The translations under genes and the position numbers were made by a program. The notes beneath the pieces were generated by a model. That model was given only the letters and a program-made list of their open reading frames with translations. It did no database searches and was not told the DNA's origin. A stretch of 12,269 nucleotides of DNA from a bacterium (GTDB lineage Bacteria > Zhuqueibacterota > Zhuqueibacteria > Oceanimicrobiales > Oceanimicrobiaceae). This document shows, one piece after another, positions 1 through 8,372 of this stretch (position 1 is the stretch's first letter; each line of letters starts with the position of its first letter). The stretch lies in the NCBI GenBank assembly GCA_046757165.1, contig JBHHXT010000144.1, positions 1 through 12,269 of the forward strand. Reading direction: 5' to 3'.

Positions 1-2867
1 GTCATTTTCTTCTGCTCGGCCAGCGAGGCAAACGACATGACGATGCCTTTCAAGAACCCAACAAAATCGCCACGCCGGGCCTCGAGTTTCATTTTGCCGG
101 ATTCCAGGCGCGAAAGGTCGAGCAACTGGTTGATGAGCTGCAAAAGCCGGGCGGCGTTGCGGTGCATCATGGTGAACTGTTCTTTATCCGCTTTCTTTTT
201 CGCATTGGCCATTCTTTCTCCAAGCGGCCCCAGAATCAGGGTCAAGGGTGTGCGAAATTCGTGGGAAATGTTGGCAAAGAAGCGCGATTTCATCCGGTCC
301 AGCTCCCGGAGCTTTTCCGATTGCGCGACCAATTGATTCTTCTGTTCCTCGATTTTATTTTTCTGCGCAACTATTTCGGTTGTGCGCTCATCGACAACCT
401 TTTCCAGGCGCCGCTGACGAACTTCCAACTGCCGGGTATGATATTTATTGTACACCAGGGTTACCCCCGACGTGACCCCCAGGAACAGAATCAGATAAAG
501 AAAATATGCCCAGCGTGAGCGGTACCACGGCGGCAGAATCTCGAACGCAAATTTGCCTGTCCGGCTTTCCTGCCCGTAAATATTTTCGGCGGATACCCTG
601 AAGCGGTAACGGCCTTCGGGAAGATTGGTGTAATCCCGGCGGGTTTCATCGCTCCATGGCGACCAGCCTGCATCAAAGCCCTGCAATTGGGTGCGGAAAC
701 GATTGGCGGTAATTTCATCGTAGCTGCAGGCGGAATATTCGAACCGCAGAGAATTATTGTCATATTTCAGTGTGATGATCTCGGCGTTTGTTCCTGCCCG
801 GGAAGAATCAGCCTGCCCGGGTAATCCCGTTTTGACGGATGCCCCATTAAAGATGGTCGAATCTCCGGCCGATACCCGCCGCACCAGAGCGGGGAAACCG
901 GCCCGGTAATTCTTCTCAACCTCGGGGTTCCAGCGCACGATCGTCGCACGGTTGCTGAACCACACCGCGCCGTTGGTCTCCGGGTAAATTTGGACATCCA
1001 GATAGAAATCCCTCAGGCGCCGGAAGGGGGCGATCTCCCAACGATACGTTCTGTTTCCTTGCGGGAGACCTCTGGCGATCTCCATGCCGTTGGCGGTCGA
1101 GACAATCCACAGTATCCCGGTTGGTTCGGCGATCAGTTCGGTGACCGTTGTGCTGGAGTCAGCAAAAATGGCACCATAGCTGGAATCGGGCACGAAGTGT
1201 ACCAGTCGTTCATCAAACCGATAAAGCCCCTTGTTGGTGGCAAAAACGATTCTTCCATTGACCGAAAAGGCGTTCACAAAGCCGTCCGGCAGCCCATCCT
1301 CCTGACCAAACCGGGTGATCTCGAGCTGCGAAGCGAGGCCGGCGGTGCTCGACTCCGGCTCCTGGATGCGCAGAACGCCCTGAAATCGGGTGCTCAGCCA
1401 AAGCACATCCTTGTTCTCCTCAGCAATGGTCAGAATCTCTTCGCTGATCCCTTTGAGCGGTCCCAGATACTCCCAGCGCTTTTCAGTTTGCTGCAGTTGC
1501 GCCAGACCACTTCTCAGCCCCACATAAATACGGCTGCTGTTCCGTTGCGATCGATACAAGAAGGAGGAATTCACTTTCTTGATGGCCACGGCCTGGTTAT
1601 CGCGAATCCGAAATAGCCCCTCCGAGCATGCCGCCAGTAAATCATTCCCAGCCGAGAGTAGCGACCAGCACTTCAGGGGAATCCCTTCCACCGGAATGAA
1701 TTGCGGCAGCGCGCCGTCAGGCTGAGGCTGCAGGAAGAAGACGCCGGATGACGTCCCGGCATAGAGTCTGCCCTGGTGCCGGAGAGTGGTATAGACCGTC
1801 CCGGACAGACCGGATGCCTGGTTGAATACAGAGAACGGAGAGGGTATTTCGACACGTGCGATACCATTGTTGAAGGAAATCCACAACCCGCGCTGGTGGT
1901 CGGAGTAAACAAAGTGCACATTATTATCCGGCAATCCTGTGGTCTTGTTCAGGATATGCCGTAGCCGTCCATCAAAGCCGATGATGGCAACGCCGCCGCG
2001 AGCCGTTCCCAGGGCGATGCTGCCGTCAGGCAGAATTGCTCCGTGGTAGATGCGGTTTTTGCGCAAAAAATCATCCGCTTCGGTCGGGAACGGCAACATT
2101 TGCGAATCATGGTAGCGAAACAGGCCTTGCTTGCCGGAGCAGATCAGGATTGAGGTTGTGTCTCCGGCATGTGTTTCACGACCGGGAAAAGGAAGCATGC
2201 TCTCGATACGGTCGCTTGCAAATCGCTCACTGCCGGAGACAAACTGCAGGGAATCATCCACCATTTGTGTGAGGCCGTAGCCGTTCTGAGAAACGAAAAA
2301 CTGGTCTTCAATCGCATAGCAGCGCTGAAAAGATGTCTGTGGCAGCCAGATTTTCAGTTCCCCGTTTGCCCAGCGGATAAGATAATCTTTAGTGCGGAAA
2401 TAGGTGCCTGAGGAGGTCGTTACGGTTTGCCAAACCAGGCCAAAATTGCGGTATTTCGGACTCAGTTTGTCGGCCAGAGAAACAAATTGCTGAGACTCGC
2501 GGCGGCCTGGCGGAAAATAGCCGAAATCATTGAGACCGCCGGCAAACAGTACCCCCGCACTGTCCATAGCGAGGGAAACCACCGTTGTATTGCGCAGGGG
2601 CGTGAGTAACCGCCAGGTAACGCCGTCATATTCGAGCAGCCCCTCAGTATTGGCAATATACATGATTCCCAGTTCATCCTGGAGAATCTCCCAGTTTTGC
2701 GGATGGGCGTTATAATCCTTAAATGTGAAATTTTGCAGAAAGGGTAAGCCGGCTTCAGCCTCGAGGTTGTCGGAATTCTGGTGTGCATCAACGCGTAATT
2801 GGGCGGAAGCAAGATTGAGCAGGGCAAAGGCCCAGACCAGAACAGCGAATGCTAATATCCGTTTCAT
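1..2867 (-). CDS. Large membrane sensor histidine kinase (hybrid two-component/HTCS-type: signal peptide, beta-propeller sensor, Y_Y_Y domain, TM helix, HisKA); 3' end outside window
   Basis: Hand translation from the ATG at 2867 gives MKRILAFAVLVWAFALLNLASAQ (signal peptide), then GLPFLQNFTFKDYNAHPQNWEILQDELGIMYIANTEGLLEYDGVTW. The same frame gives a Y_Y_Y-like NSLRFEYSA...LQGFDAGWSPWSDETRRDYTNLPEGRYRFRV (~590-760), a TM segment ILPPWYRSRWAYFLYLILFLG (~475-540) and an H-box MKSRFFANISHEFRTPLTLILGP (His at 261-263), followed by NAARLLQLINQLLDLSRLESG. No stop-terminated ORF in this frame appears in the track, consistent with one open frame of >=955 codons. The middle was not fully hand-translated. 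Confidence 0.93.
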   Translation of the reverse strand, partial: MKRILAFAVLVWAFALLNLASAQLRVDAHQNSDNLEAEAGLPFLQNFTFKDYNAHPQNWEILQDELGIMYIANTEGLLEYDGVTWRLLTPLRNTTVVSLAMDSAGVLFAGGLNDFGYFPPGRRESQQFVSLADKLSPKYRNFGLVWQTVTTSSGTYFRTKDYLIRWANGELKIWLPQTSFQRCYAIEDQFFVSQNGYGLTQMVDDSLQFVSGSERFASDRIESMLPFPGRETHAGDTTSILICSGKQGLFRYHDSQMLPFPTEADDFLRKNRIYHGAILPDGSIALGTARGGVAIIGFDGRLRHILNKTTGLPDNNVHFVYSDHQRGLWISFNNGIARVEIPSPFSVFNQASGLSGTVYTTLRHQGRLYAGTSSGVFFLQPQPDGALPQFIPVEGIPLKCWSLLSAGNDLLAACSEGLFRIRDNQAVAIKKVNSSFLYRSQRNSSRIYVGLRSGLAQLQQTEKRWEYLGPLKGISEEILTIAEENKDVLWLSTRFQGVLRIQEPESSTAGLASQLEITRFGQEDGLPDGFVNAFSVNGRIVFATNKGLYRFDERLVHFVPDSSYGAIFADSSTTVTELIAEPTGILWIVSTANGMEIARGLPQGNRTYRWEIAPFRRLRDFYLDVQIYPETNGAVWFSNRATIVRWNPEVEKNYRAGFPALVRRVSAGDSTIFNGASVKTGLPGQADSSRAGTNAEIITLKYDNNSLRFEYSACSYDEITANRFRTQLQGFDAGWSPWSDETRRDYTNLPEGRYRFRVSAENIYGQESRTGKFAFEILPPWYRSRWAYFLYLILFLGVTSGVTLVYNKYHTRQLEVRQRRLEKVVDERTTEIVAQKNKIEEQKNQLVAQSEKLRELDRMKSRFFANISHEFRTPLTLILGPLGERMANAKKKADKEQFTMMHRNAARLLQLINQLLDLSRLESGKMKLEARRGDFVGFLKGIVMSFASLAEQKKM

Positions 2868-2920
2868 AGCAGCTAACCTAACCCGGACGAGCCGGAACCA
2901 AACAGGTTTGACTATATTTT

Positions 2921-2949
2921 ATTGGGTTGCTGATCTTTTTGGGTCGACA
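2921..2949 (+). repeat. Imperfect direct repeat copy 1 (IS-end-like)
   Basis: attgggttgctgatctttttgggtcgaca aligns with attgggtggagatcttttgatacgaca at 3171-3197. Confidence 0.5.
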
Positions 2950-2991
2950 ATGATGGAAAAATGACATATAGGTTATTTTCAAACCAAACAC

Positions 2992-3126
2992 TTAACCTGA
3001 GGCTAAACCTTCCGCCAATTGCTCAAGTACATCTGCCACAAGAATGCGGGTACCCCTGAAGGTTGGTTTTCCGTGACAGATTTCGGCATCTGAAACAATA
3101 TATCTGCCGTAATTCTTTTTCTTCAT
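2992..3126 (-). pseudogene. DUF433-family (putative antitoxin) gene, C-terminally truncated (44 aa)
   Basis: MKKKNYGRYIVSDAEICHGKPTFRGTRILVADVLEQLAEGLASG*, with an AAGGAG RBS 8 nt before the ATG. The 'I..D.EICHGKP..RGTRI.V..VLE.LA.G' pattern is the DUF433 signature. The usual C-terminal helices are missing. It is too short for the supplied ORF track. Confidence 0.8.
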
Positions 3127-3170
3127 CGTTTAGACTCCTTTTCATTTGCATGGAGAGAATAGTAATCAAA

Positions 3171-3197
3171 ATTGGGTGGAGATCTTTTGATACGACA
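3171..3197 (+). repeat. Imperfect direct repeat copy 2; probable left end of the IS remnant
   Basis: GGGTGGAGATCTTTT begins 34 nt before the transposase ATG and resembles the GGGTG...CTTTT termini I recall for ISKra4-type elements. Confidence 0.5.
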
Positions 3198-3207
3198 TCC
3201 CTTTACG

Positions 3208-3573
3208 ATGCAAGATACGCATTTAAATTGTAATGATCCATTTTTTGAAGCAAAAAATCTTCTCAACGGTCTCATTGATGTTCTGTGCACTCAGAAATGG
3301 CTTCAAGCCGAACATGACGCAGTTGAACAACTGATTCACGAGGACGGCTTTGAAGTGATGCGGCTTGTTTTACAAGGCCATCTTGACGAACGATGCCGTC
3401 AAGAACCGGATTTTGACTTTGTACGAGATGGAACTCGTGAACATACTCATAAACGCAAAAATTGCTCTCGACAATTCACTACATTATTTGGCAAGGTAAA
3501 AGTGCGTCGAAAGAGCTACAGTGATGCTTTGCTCGAAGGGGATTTAGACCCGCCAGCTCGGCCCGCCAAGTAA
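3208..3573 (+). mobile_element. ISKra4-family-like transposase, N-terminal fragment (pseudogene)
   Basis: DPFFEAK...EHDAVEQLIHEDGFEVMRLVLQGHLDER...R.FTTLFGKVKVRRKSY matches the N-terminus of ISKra4-type transposases. Similarity appears to end near 3522 and the frame stops at 3573, long before any DDE catalytic domain. Confidence 0.75.
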
Positions 3574-3681
3574 TCCCCTTCGCACAATTGAACCAGGGAT
3601 TGCATCCCTTAAAAGGCGCTAGCTACACTTAGCTAATTTGACTGTCCTGGTCTCACCACTCCGACGGCAGCTTCCCAAACG

Positions 3682-3777
3682 GCTCAGCAAGATCACCGGG
3701 ATGTGGCTGGTTTTTTCGTCGGTCCCGAGTGCGGCGCACAGGGCATGGCCGTCCTGTCTCGGCATCATGGCATCGAC
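3682..3777 (-). pseudogene. Degenerate response-regulator receiver (REC) domain fragment
   Basis: VDAMMPRQDGHALCAALGTDEKTSHIPVILLS resembles the SDVMMP.MDG.ELC..LK.DE.TSHIPVILLTA motif of hybrid-kinase receiver domains. The N-terminal acidic pocket and the C-terminal KP region are absent. Confidence 0.75.
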
Positions 3778-4128
3778 GTGCGTGACACGGCCGGGTGAAG
3801 ATGGAGGGTTCGTCACCTTTGAGCGGAGCGCGACCCCGCAGCCCGCGACCAGCGTTTTGCAGGCGGGCGGCAGATGAGCCGGGCTTCGTGCTGGCCGGGA
3901 AGGGTGCGGTTCAGCGCGCGGGCGAGGAGGCGCGCGGAGCCCGCGGAGGACCCCGCAGAGCCGCTTTGCGACTGGAGAGAGGGCTGGCCGCTGGCACGGA
4001 ATGACTATTCTGACGTGTGCCTGCCGAACGGCGCGGCGCGAGGAGGCCGGAGCGGCACCAAACGTGGATCACGAGCAGGTACTCCTAAGCCGGACAAGCC
4101 CCGCAGAAGGCGCGGGATTTGACAACCG

Positions 4129-4156
4129 GAAACTCGAAATCCAAAACTCTAAAATC
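4129..4156. repeat. Degenerate heptamer tandem repeat (4 units)
   Basis: gaaactc gaaatcc aaaactc taaaatc, downstream of hisI. Confidence 0.45.
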
Positions 4157-4186
4157 GCAAAAAACTGAACCACAAAAAGTCTTGCC

Positions 4187-4212
4187 AAAAAATGACACAA
4201 CTTGACTTGTCA
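4187..4212 (-). terminator. Possible weak intrinsic terminator after hisI
   Basis: Minus strand reads TGACA-agtcaagttg-TGTCA-TTTTTT, about 30 nt after the hisI stop, with further T-runs downstream. The stem is only 5 bp. Confidence 0.3.
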
Positions 4213-4240
4213 GGGACTAAAGAAGGAGAACGTCTCAAAA

Positions 4241-4573
4241 CTACTCTGGTTGCACCAGGGCCATCGACCGGTAGAAGCACGAGCGGTTGCCCGTGTGGCA
4301 GGCGCTGCCCACCTGCTCGACCTGCAACAGGAGGGTATCGGCGTCGCAATCGTAGTGGATCGATTTCACGTGCTGAAAATGGCCGCTGGTCTCCCCTTTC
4401 GTCCAGAGCTTCTGGCGTGAGCGCGAAAAATAGCAGGCTTTCTTCTCCTGCAACGTTTTCTCCAGACTCTCCCGGTTCATGTAAGCCACCATCAGCACCT
4501 CCTTCGATGCCACATCTTGCACGACGGCGGGGATCAATCCTCTGTCGTCAAACTCGAGCTGATCGAGCGTCAT
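4241..4573 (-). CDS. hisI: Phosphoribosyl-AMP cyclohydrolase (monofunctional, no HisE domain)
   Basis: Motifs [42 protein letters not shown] and [10 protein letters not shown]. The ATG at 4573 has GGAGG 5 nt upstream; a GTG at 4579 is the alternative start. Confidence 0.96.
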   Translation of the reverse strand: MTLDQLEFDDRGLIPAVVQDVASKEVLMVAYMNRESLEKTLQEKKACYFSRSRQKLWTKGETSGHFQHVKSIHYDCDADTLLLQVEQVGSACHTGNRSCFYRSMALVQPE

Positions 4574-4575
4574 GT

Positions 4576-5334
4576 TCACCTCCTCACGGTTATGTTCTTT
4601 TTTGCCAGGTACTCTTTGACCTGGCGGACACGAAAGGTGCCAAAATGAAATACCGAGGCCGCCAGCGCAGCGTCTGCCCTGCCCCGGGTGAAGGCTTGTT
4701 CAAAATGCACCAGCTCACCGACGCCGCCGGAGGCGATGACAGGAATGTTCAGGAGCTCGACGATTCTTCTGGTAATTTCCAAATCATAGCCTGCGGTGCT
4801 GCCGTCGCGGTCCATGCTGGTCAGCATGATTTCGCCGGCGCCCAGCCGTTCGACTTGCTGCGCCCACTCGAGGGCGTCCAGTCCCGTCGGCCGGCTGCCG
4901 CCATGGGTGAAAACCTGCCAGCGCCCGGGTTGGACGCGTTTGACATCGATGGCGACCACCACGCACTGTGAGCCAAAGCTTTCCGCTGCCCGCGCGATGA
5001 GCTGCGGCTGGTTCACGCTGGCGGTGTTGAGCGTGACCTTGTCCGCCCCCCGATTGAGAATCTCGCGGATTTCCGCCACCGAGGTCAGCCCGCCGCCGAT
5101 GGTGAAGGGAATGAAGACTTCTTCGGCGACCCGCTCAACCAATTCATAGACTATGGGCCGCTTTTCCTTTGAGGCGGTGATGTCGAGAAAGACCAGCTCG
5201 TCAGCCCGCTCCCGGACATAGAACTTCGCCAGCTCCACCGGATCGCCGGCATCGCGCAGGTTCTCGAATTGGACGCCTTTCACCACGCGTCCGCGCTTGA
5301 CATCCAGGCAGGGGATGATTCGTTTAGCGAGCAT
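4576..5334 (-). CDS. hisF: Imidazole glycerol phosphate synthase, cyclase subunit
   Basis: Motifs [50 protein letters not shown] and [19 protein letters not shown] precedes the ATG at 5334. Confidence 0.98.
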   Translation of the reverse strand: MLAKRIIPCLDVKRGRVVKGVQFENLRDAGDPVELAKFYVRERADELVFLDITASKEKRPIVYELVERVAEEVFIPFTIGGGLTSVAEIREILNRGADKVTLNTASVNQPQLIARAAESFGSQCVVVAIDVKRVQPGRWQVFTHGGSRPTGLDALEWAQQVERLGAGEIMLTSMDRDGSTAGYDLEITRRIVELLNIPVIASGGVGELVHFEQAFTRGRADAALAASVFHFGTFRVRQVKEYLAKKNITVRR

Positions 5335-6046
5335 GGAAGACCTCCTCGGGCAGAATCTTGCGCTCATAGAACGCCTTGCCCACGACCACGCTCTCGACCC
5401 CGAACGGCTCCAGCGCTTCGAGCCGGGTCAGGTCTGCCAGGGAAGAAACGCCTCCGGAGGCGATGACTTTGAGACCGGTTGCTTCGGCGAGCTCACGGGT
5501 GGCTTCCAGAGCCGGGCCGGTGAACATGCCATCGCGCGCAATGTCGGTGTAGAGAACGCGCCGCAACCCGGCGTCCTTGAAGCTCAGCGCAAGGTCCACT
5601 GCTTTGACGCCGGCGTCCTCCTGCCACCCCTTGACGGCCACCCGTCCATCGCGGGCATCGACGGCGAGCACGATGCGTTCAGGTCCCCATTCCTGGAGCG
5701 CCCGCATGAGGATAGCGGGATTTTTGACGGCCAGGGTCCCGACGATGACGCGGTCCACACCGGCGTGCAGCCAATCTTCAATCTGAGACCCCGAGCGAAT
5801 GCCGCCGCCGAGCTGAACCGGGATGGTCAAGGTTGAAACCACCTTCTGAATCACACGCTGGTTGACCATGCGGCCGGACTGTGCCCCGTCCAGATTCACC
5901 AGGTGCAGCCGTGTGGCGCCGAGCGTCTCGAAGTGCAACGCGACCTCGAGCGGGGACTCCGAGTACACCGTTTGTTCAGAAAAGACGCCTTGCTTCAAGC
6001 GTACGCACTTGCCGTCCTTCAGGTCGATGGCAGGGATGATTTCCAT
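5324..6046 (-). CDS. hisA: ProFAR isomerase
   Basis: Motifs [37 protein letters not shown] and VIASGGV. It starts 1 nt after the hisH stop. Confidence 0.97.
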   Translation of the reverse strand: MEIIPAIDLKDGKCVRLKQGVFSEQTVYSESPLEVALHFETLGATRLHLVNLDGAQSGRMVNQRVIQKVVSTLTIPVQLGGGIRSGSQIEDWLHAGVDRVIVGTLAVKNPAILMRALQEWGPERIVLAVDARDGRVAVKGWQEDAGVKAVDLALSFKDAGLRRVLYTDIARDGMFTGPALEATRELAEATGLKVIASGGVSSLADLTRLEALEPFGVESVVVGKAFYERKILPEEVFHAR

Positions 6047-6047
6047 C

Positions 6048-6650
6048 TCACAGCTCCGCAAAATTCTTCAAGATTTGCAACCCAAGCTCCTGGCTTTTTT
6101 CAGGGTGAAACTGAACACCGAACAGGGTGTCTTTTTCGATCACCGCGCAGAAGGAGGTGCCGTACTCACAGCAAGCGGCCACCACGGCGTGATCTGCAGG
6201 CGCACAAACATAAGAATGGACAAAATAAGCAAATCTCGACGGCGGCAGATTCCGGAGCAAGGTGGAGCGCGGGTTTGCCACCACGATTTCGTTCCACCCG
6301 ATGTGCGGCACCTTCTCGCCGCAATCGATTCTTTGCACGCTTCCGGGAATCAAACCGAGGCCGGAGCAGCTTCCGCCTTCCTGGCTGTCGGTCAGCAGCA
6401 CTTGCATTCCGAGGCAAATGCCCAGCAAGGGCGTGCCATTGCGTGCTTTTTGCAGGAGTGGTGGCACCAGCCCCCGCGATTGCAGGTTTTGCATGGCAAA
6501 CCCAAACGCGCCGACCCCCGGCAGCACGATCTTTGTAGCCCGGGCGAGGGCTGCCGGCGAGTCCACAATTTCGCTCTGCACGCCGAGAAAACGAAAGGCA
6601 TTTTGCAGGCTTCGGAGGTTGCCTACGCCGTAGTCAATGATTGAAATCAT
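6048..6650 (-). CDS. hisH: Imidazole glycerol phosphate synthase, glutaminase subunit
   Basis: Motifs IIDYGVGNLRS, LPGVGAF, GICLGMQ (catalytic Cys), YFVHSY and QFHPEKS. Confidence 0.98.
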   Translation of the reverse strand: MISIIDYGVGNLRSLQNAFRFLGVQSEIVDSPAALARATKIVLPGVGAFGFAMQNLQSRGLVPPLLQKARNGTPLLGICLGMQVLLTDSQEGGSCSGLGLIPGSVQRIDCGEKVPHIGWNEIVVANPRSTLLRNLPPSRFAYFVHSYVCAPADHAVVAACCEYGTSFCAVIEKDTLFGVQFHPEKSQELGLQILKNFAEL

Positions 6651-6652
6651 GG

Positions 6653-6701
6653 GAATTATGAATCATGAATTACGAATTACGATCTACGATTTACGATTCA
6701 C
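6653..6701. repeat. Heptamer tandem repeat, 7 degenerate units filling the hisB-hisH spacer
   Basis: gaattat gaatcat gaattac gaattac gatctac gatttac gattcac. Confidence 0.85.
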
Positions 6702-7282
6702 AATCGGCCTTTGGTTGAGGCCGGGCCGGTGCGTCTGGGGTCGGTTTCCACGGCGTGGCGAAGCGCCTGGCCGGTGGCTTTGAACAGCGCTTCGATCTTG
6801 TGGTGCGTGTTCTCGCCGTACAGAATCTCGAGATGCAAGGTAAGCAGGCCATGATTGACAAACGCCTGGAAGAATTCTCGCACCAGCTCGGTGTCGAACT
6901 CCCCGACCTTTGGACTGAGGCTGGCGACCGTGAAGACCAGACACGGCCGGCCTGAAATGTCACACGCGGCGCGGGCCAGGGACTCGTCCATCGGCACGAA
7001 GACGGTTGAATAGCGTCTGAAATTCTTCTCGCCCGCAAGTCCCTTCTCGAAGGCCTGTCCCAGGACGATGCCGACATCCTCGACTGTGTGGTGACAGCAA
7101 ACCTGCAGGTCACCCTTTGCCCTCACATCCAGGTCAAAGCAGGCGTGAAAGGCGAGCAGGTCGAGCATGTGGTCAAAGAAGCCGATGCCGGTCGAGATGC
7201 GGGTTTGGCCAGAGCCATACAAATCCAGGGACAGCGAGATGTCCGTTTCCTTCGTCTTCCTCTTCATCTTGATTGTCGCCAT
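6698..7282 (-). CDS. hisB: Imidazoleglycerol-phosphate dehydratase (monofunctional)
   Basis: Motifs RKTKETDI, TGIGFFDHML, HHTVEDVGI, PMDESL and NTHHKIEALFKA. At 194 aa it has no N-terminal HAD phosphatase domain. Confidence 0.98.
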   Translation of the reverse strand: MATIKMKRKTKETDISLSLDLYGSGQTRISTGIGFFDHMLDLLAFHACFDLDVRAKGDLQVCCHHTVEDVGIVLGQAFEKGLAGEKNFRRYSTVFVPMDESLARAACDISGRPCLVFTVASLSPKVGEFDTELVREFFQAFVNHGLLTLHLEILYGENTHHKIEALFKATGQALRHAVETDPRRTGPASTKGRL

Positions 7283-7295
7283 TTGCAGTTTCCGG

Positions 7296-8372
7296 TTAGA
7301 TCTGTGCCAGTGACATTTTCAGCGCCTCGAAGAAGCCGTCATTTTCCTCTGGGGTTCCGACAGACACGCGCAGTGTGTCTTGCAGGCGCCGGTGATAGCC
7401 CGAAACATCGCGTGTTAGCACCCCCTGTGCGACCAGTTTTTCGAACAGCAAAGCCGCAGGGTGGCGGGTTTTTAGGAGATAGAAGTTGCCGCTGGACGGG
7501 AAAACCGTGACCCCGGTCACTTCAGCGAGCCGTGCGAGAATGCGTTCTTTTTCCGACTTGATCTGACGAATCCGCTCTGCGATGACTTCCCGGTTATCGA
7601 GCAGCTTCCTGGCGACCAGCTCTGAAAAGAGGTTCAGGTTGTAGGGCAGTTGCGCTTTGTTCAATTCCACAACCAGGTTCGGGTCGGCGAGCAGATAGCC
7701 GATTCTCAGACCGGCCAGGCCGACGGCTTTGGAAAACGTGCGGGTGATGATCAGATTAGGATGGGAAGGCAGCAAATCGAGCGCCTGCGAGGTCGAGAAT
7801 TCGTGGTACGCCTCATCGAGCAGCACCAGGCCGCTCGTTGCTTGCAGAATCTCTGCCAGCGGTTGTTCATCCAAGACAGAGCCGGTCGGACTGTTGGGCG
7901 AGCAAAGAATACAGAGGTCAAAATGGCTCCCCTGGCAGGCGCTGACGATTCTTTGCACCGGAAACGACCAATCCTTTTCCAGTTCGACCTCGACAATTTC
8001 AGCCTCAGCAACCCTGGCCAACTGCTGATAGATGGCGAAGGTGGGCGTGACCAGCAGCACGCGCTTGCCTTTCGAAATCACCGCCGTGATCAACAATTGC
8101 AGCAGCTCGTTTGACCCATTGCCCACCAGGATGGCGCCGGGCGCACTACCGCTGTATGCCGCCAGTTTCTCCACCAGGAAACGATTGCCAAACGCCGGGT
8201 AGCGATTCCAGCTCCGTTTCTTGACCTCGGCCAGAATCTCTGCTTTTAGCCAATCCGGCACATCATACGGGCTTTCATTCTGATTGAGTTTTATCGGGCA
8301 GTGCCGCTCTTTCAGATGGTATGCCTGCATGAGACGAATCGAAGATTTGATGTTCTCCAGGGCGGTGTTCAT
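7296..8372 (-). CDS. hisC: Histidinol-phosphate aminotransferase
   Basis: Motifs IKLNQNESPY, GNGSNELL, SPNSPTG, DEAYHEF, RTFSKAVGLAGLRIGY (PLP Lys) and LRVSVGT. The start was placed at the ATGA overlap with the hisD stop; a GTG at 8381 is the alternative. Confidence 0.96.
   Translation of the reverse strand: MNTALENIKSSIRLMQAYHLKERHCPIKLNQNESPYDVPDWLKAEILAEVKKRSWNRYPAFGNRFLVEKLAAYSGSAPGAILVGNGSNELLQLLITAVISKGKRVLLVTPTFAIYQQLARVAEAEIVEVELEKDWSFPVQRIVSACQGSHFDLCILCSPNSPTGSVLDEQPLAEILQATSGLVLLDEAYHEFSTSQALDLLPSHPNLIITRTFSKAVGLAGLRIGYLLADPNLVVELNKAQLPYNLNLFSELVARKLLDNREVIAERIRQIKSEKERILARLAEVTGVTVFPSSGNFYLLKTRHPAALLFEKLVAQGVLTRDVSGYHRRLQDTLRVSVGTPEENDGFFEALKMSLAQI

Noticed and set aside
37..2964. 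Many short ORFs in the track (e.g. 990..1616 +, 162..518 +, 2462..2827 -)
   Set aside because: They are antisense or off-frame shadows of the kinase gene and have no recognisable motifs.
3507..3523. Right inverted repeat of the IS (tcgaaagagctacagtg)
   Set aside because: It matches the putative left end at only 11/17 positions, lacks the terminal CCC, and encodes residues (RRKSY) that fit the transposase, so it is probably coincidental.
3795..4122. ORFs 3795..4004 and 3874..4122 as real genes
   Set aside because: The translations are low-complexity and Arg/Gly/Ala-rich with no recognisable domain, so they cannot be supported.
4149..4243. Read-through or frameshift extending HisI into a HisE domain
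   Set aside because: The TAG is followed by TTT TGA, and the downstream T-rich sequence has no HisE-like motifs. The 4149..4349 ORF is not HisE-like.
6653..6701. CRISPR array interpretation of the repeats
   Set aside because: The units are 7 bp and contiguous, with no unique spacers and no cas genes.
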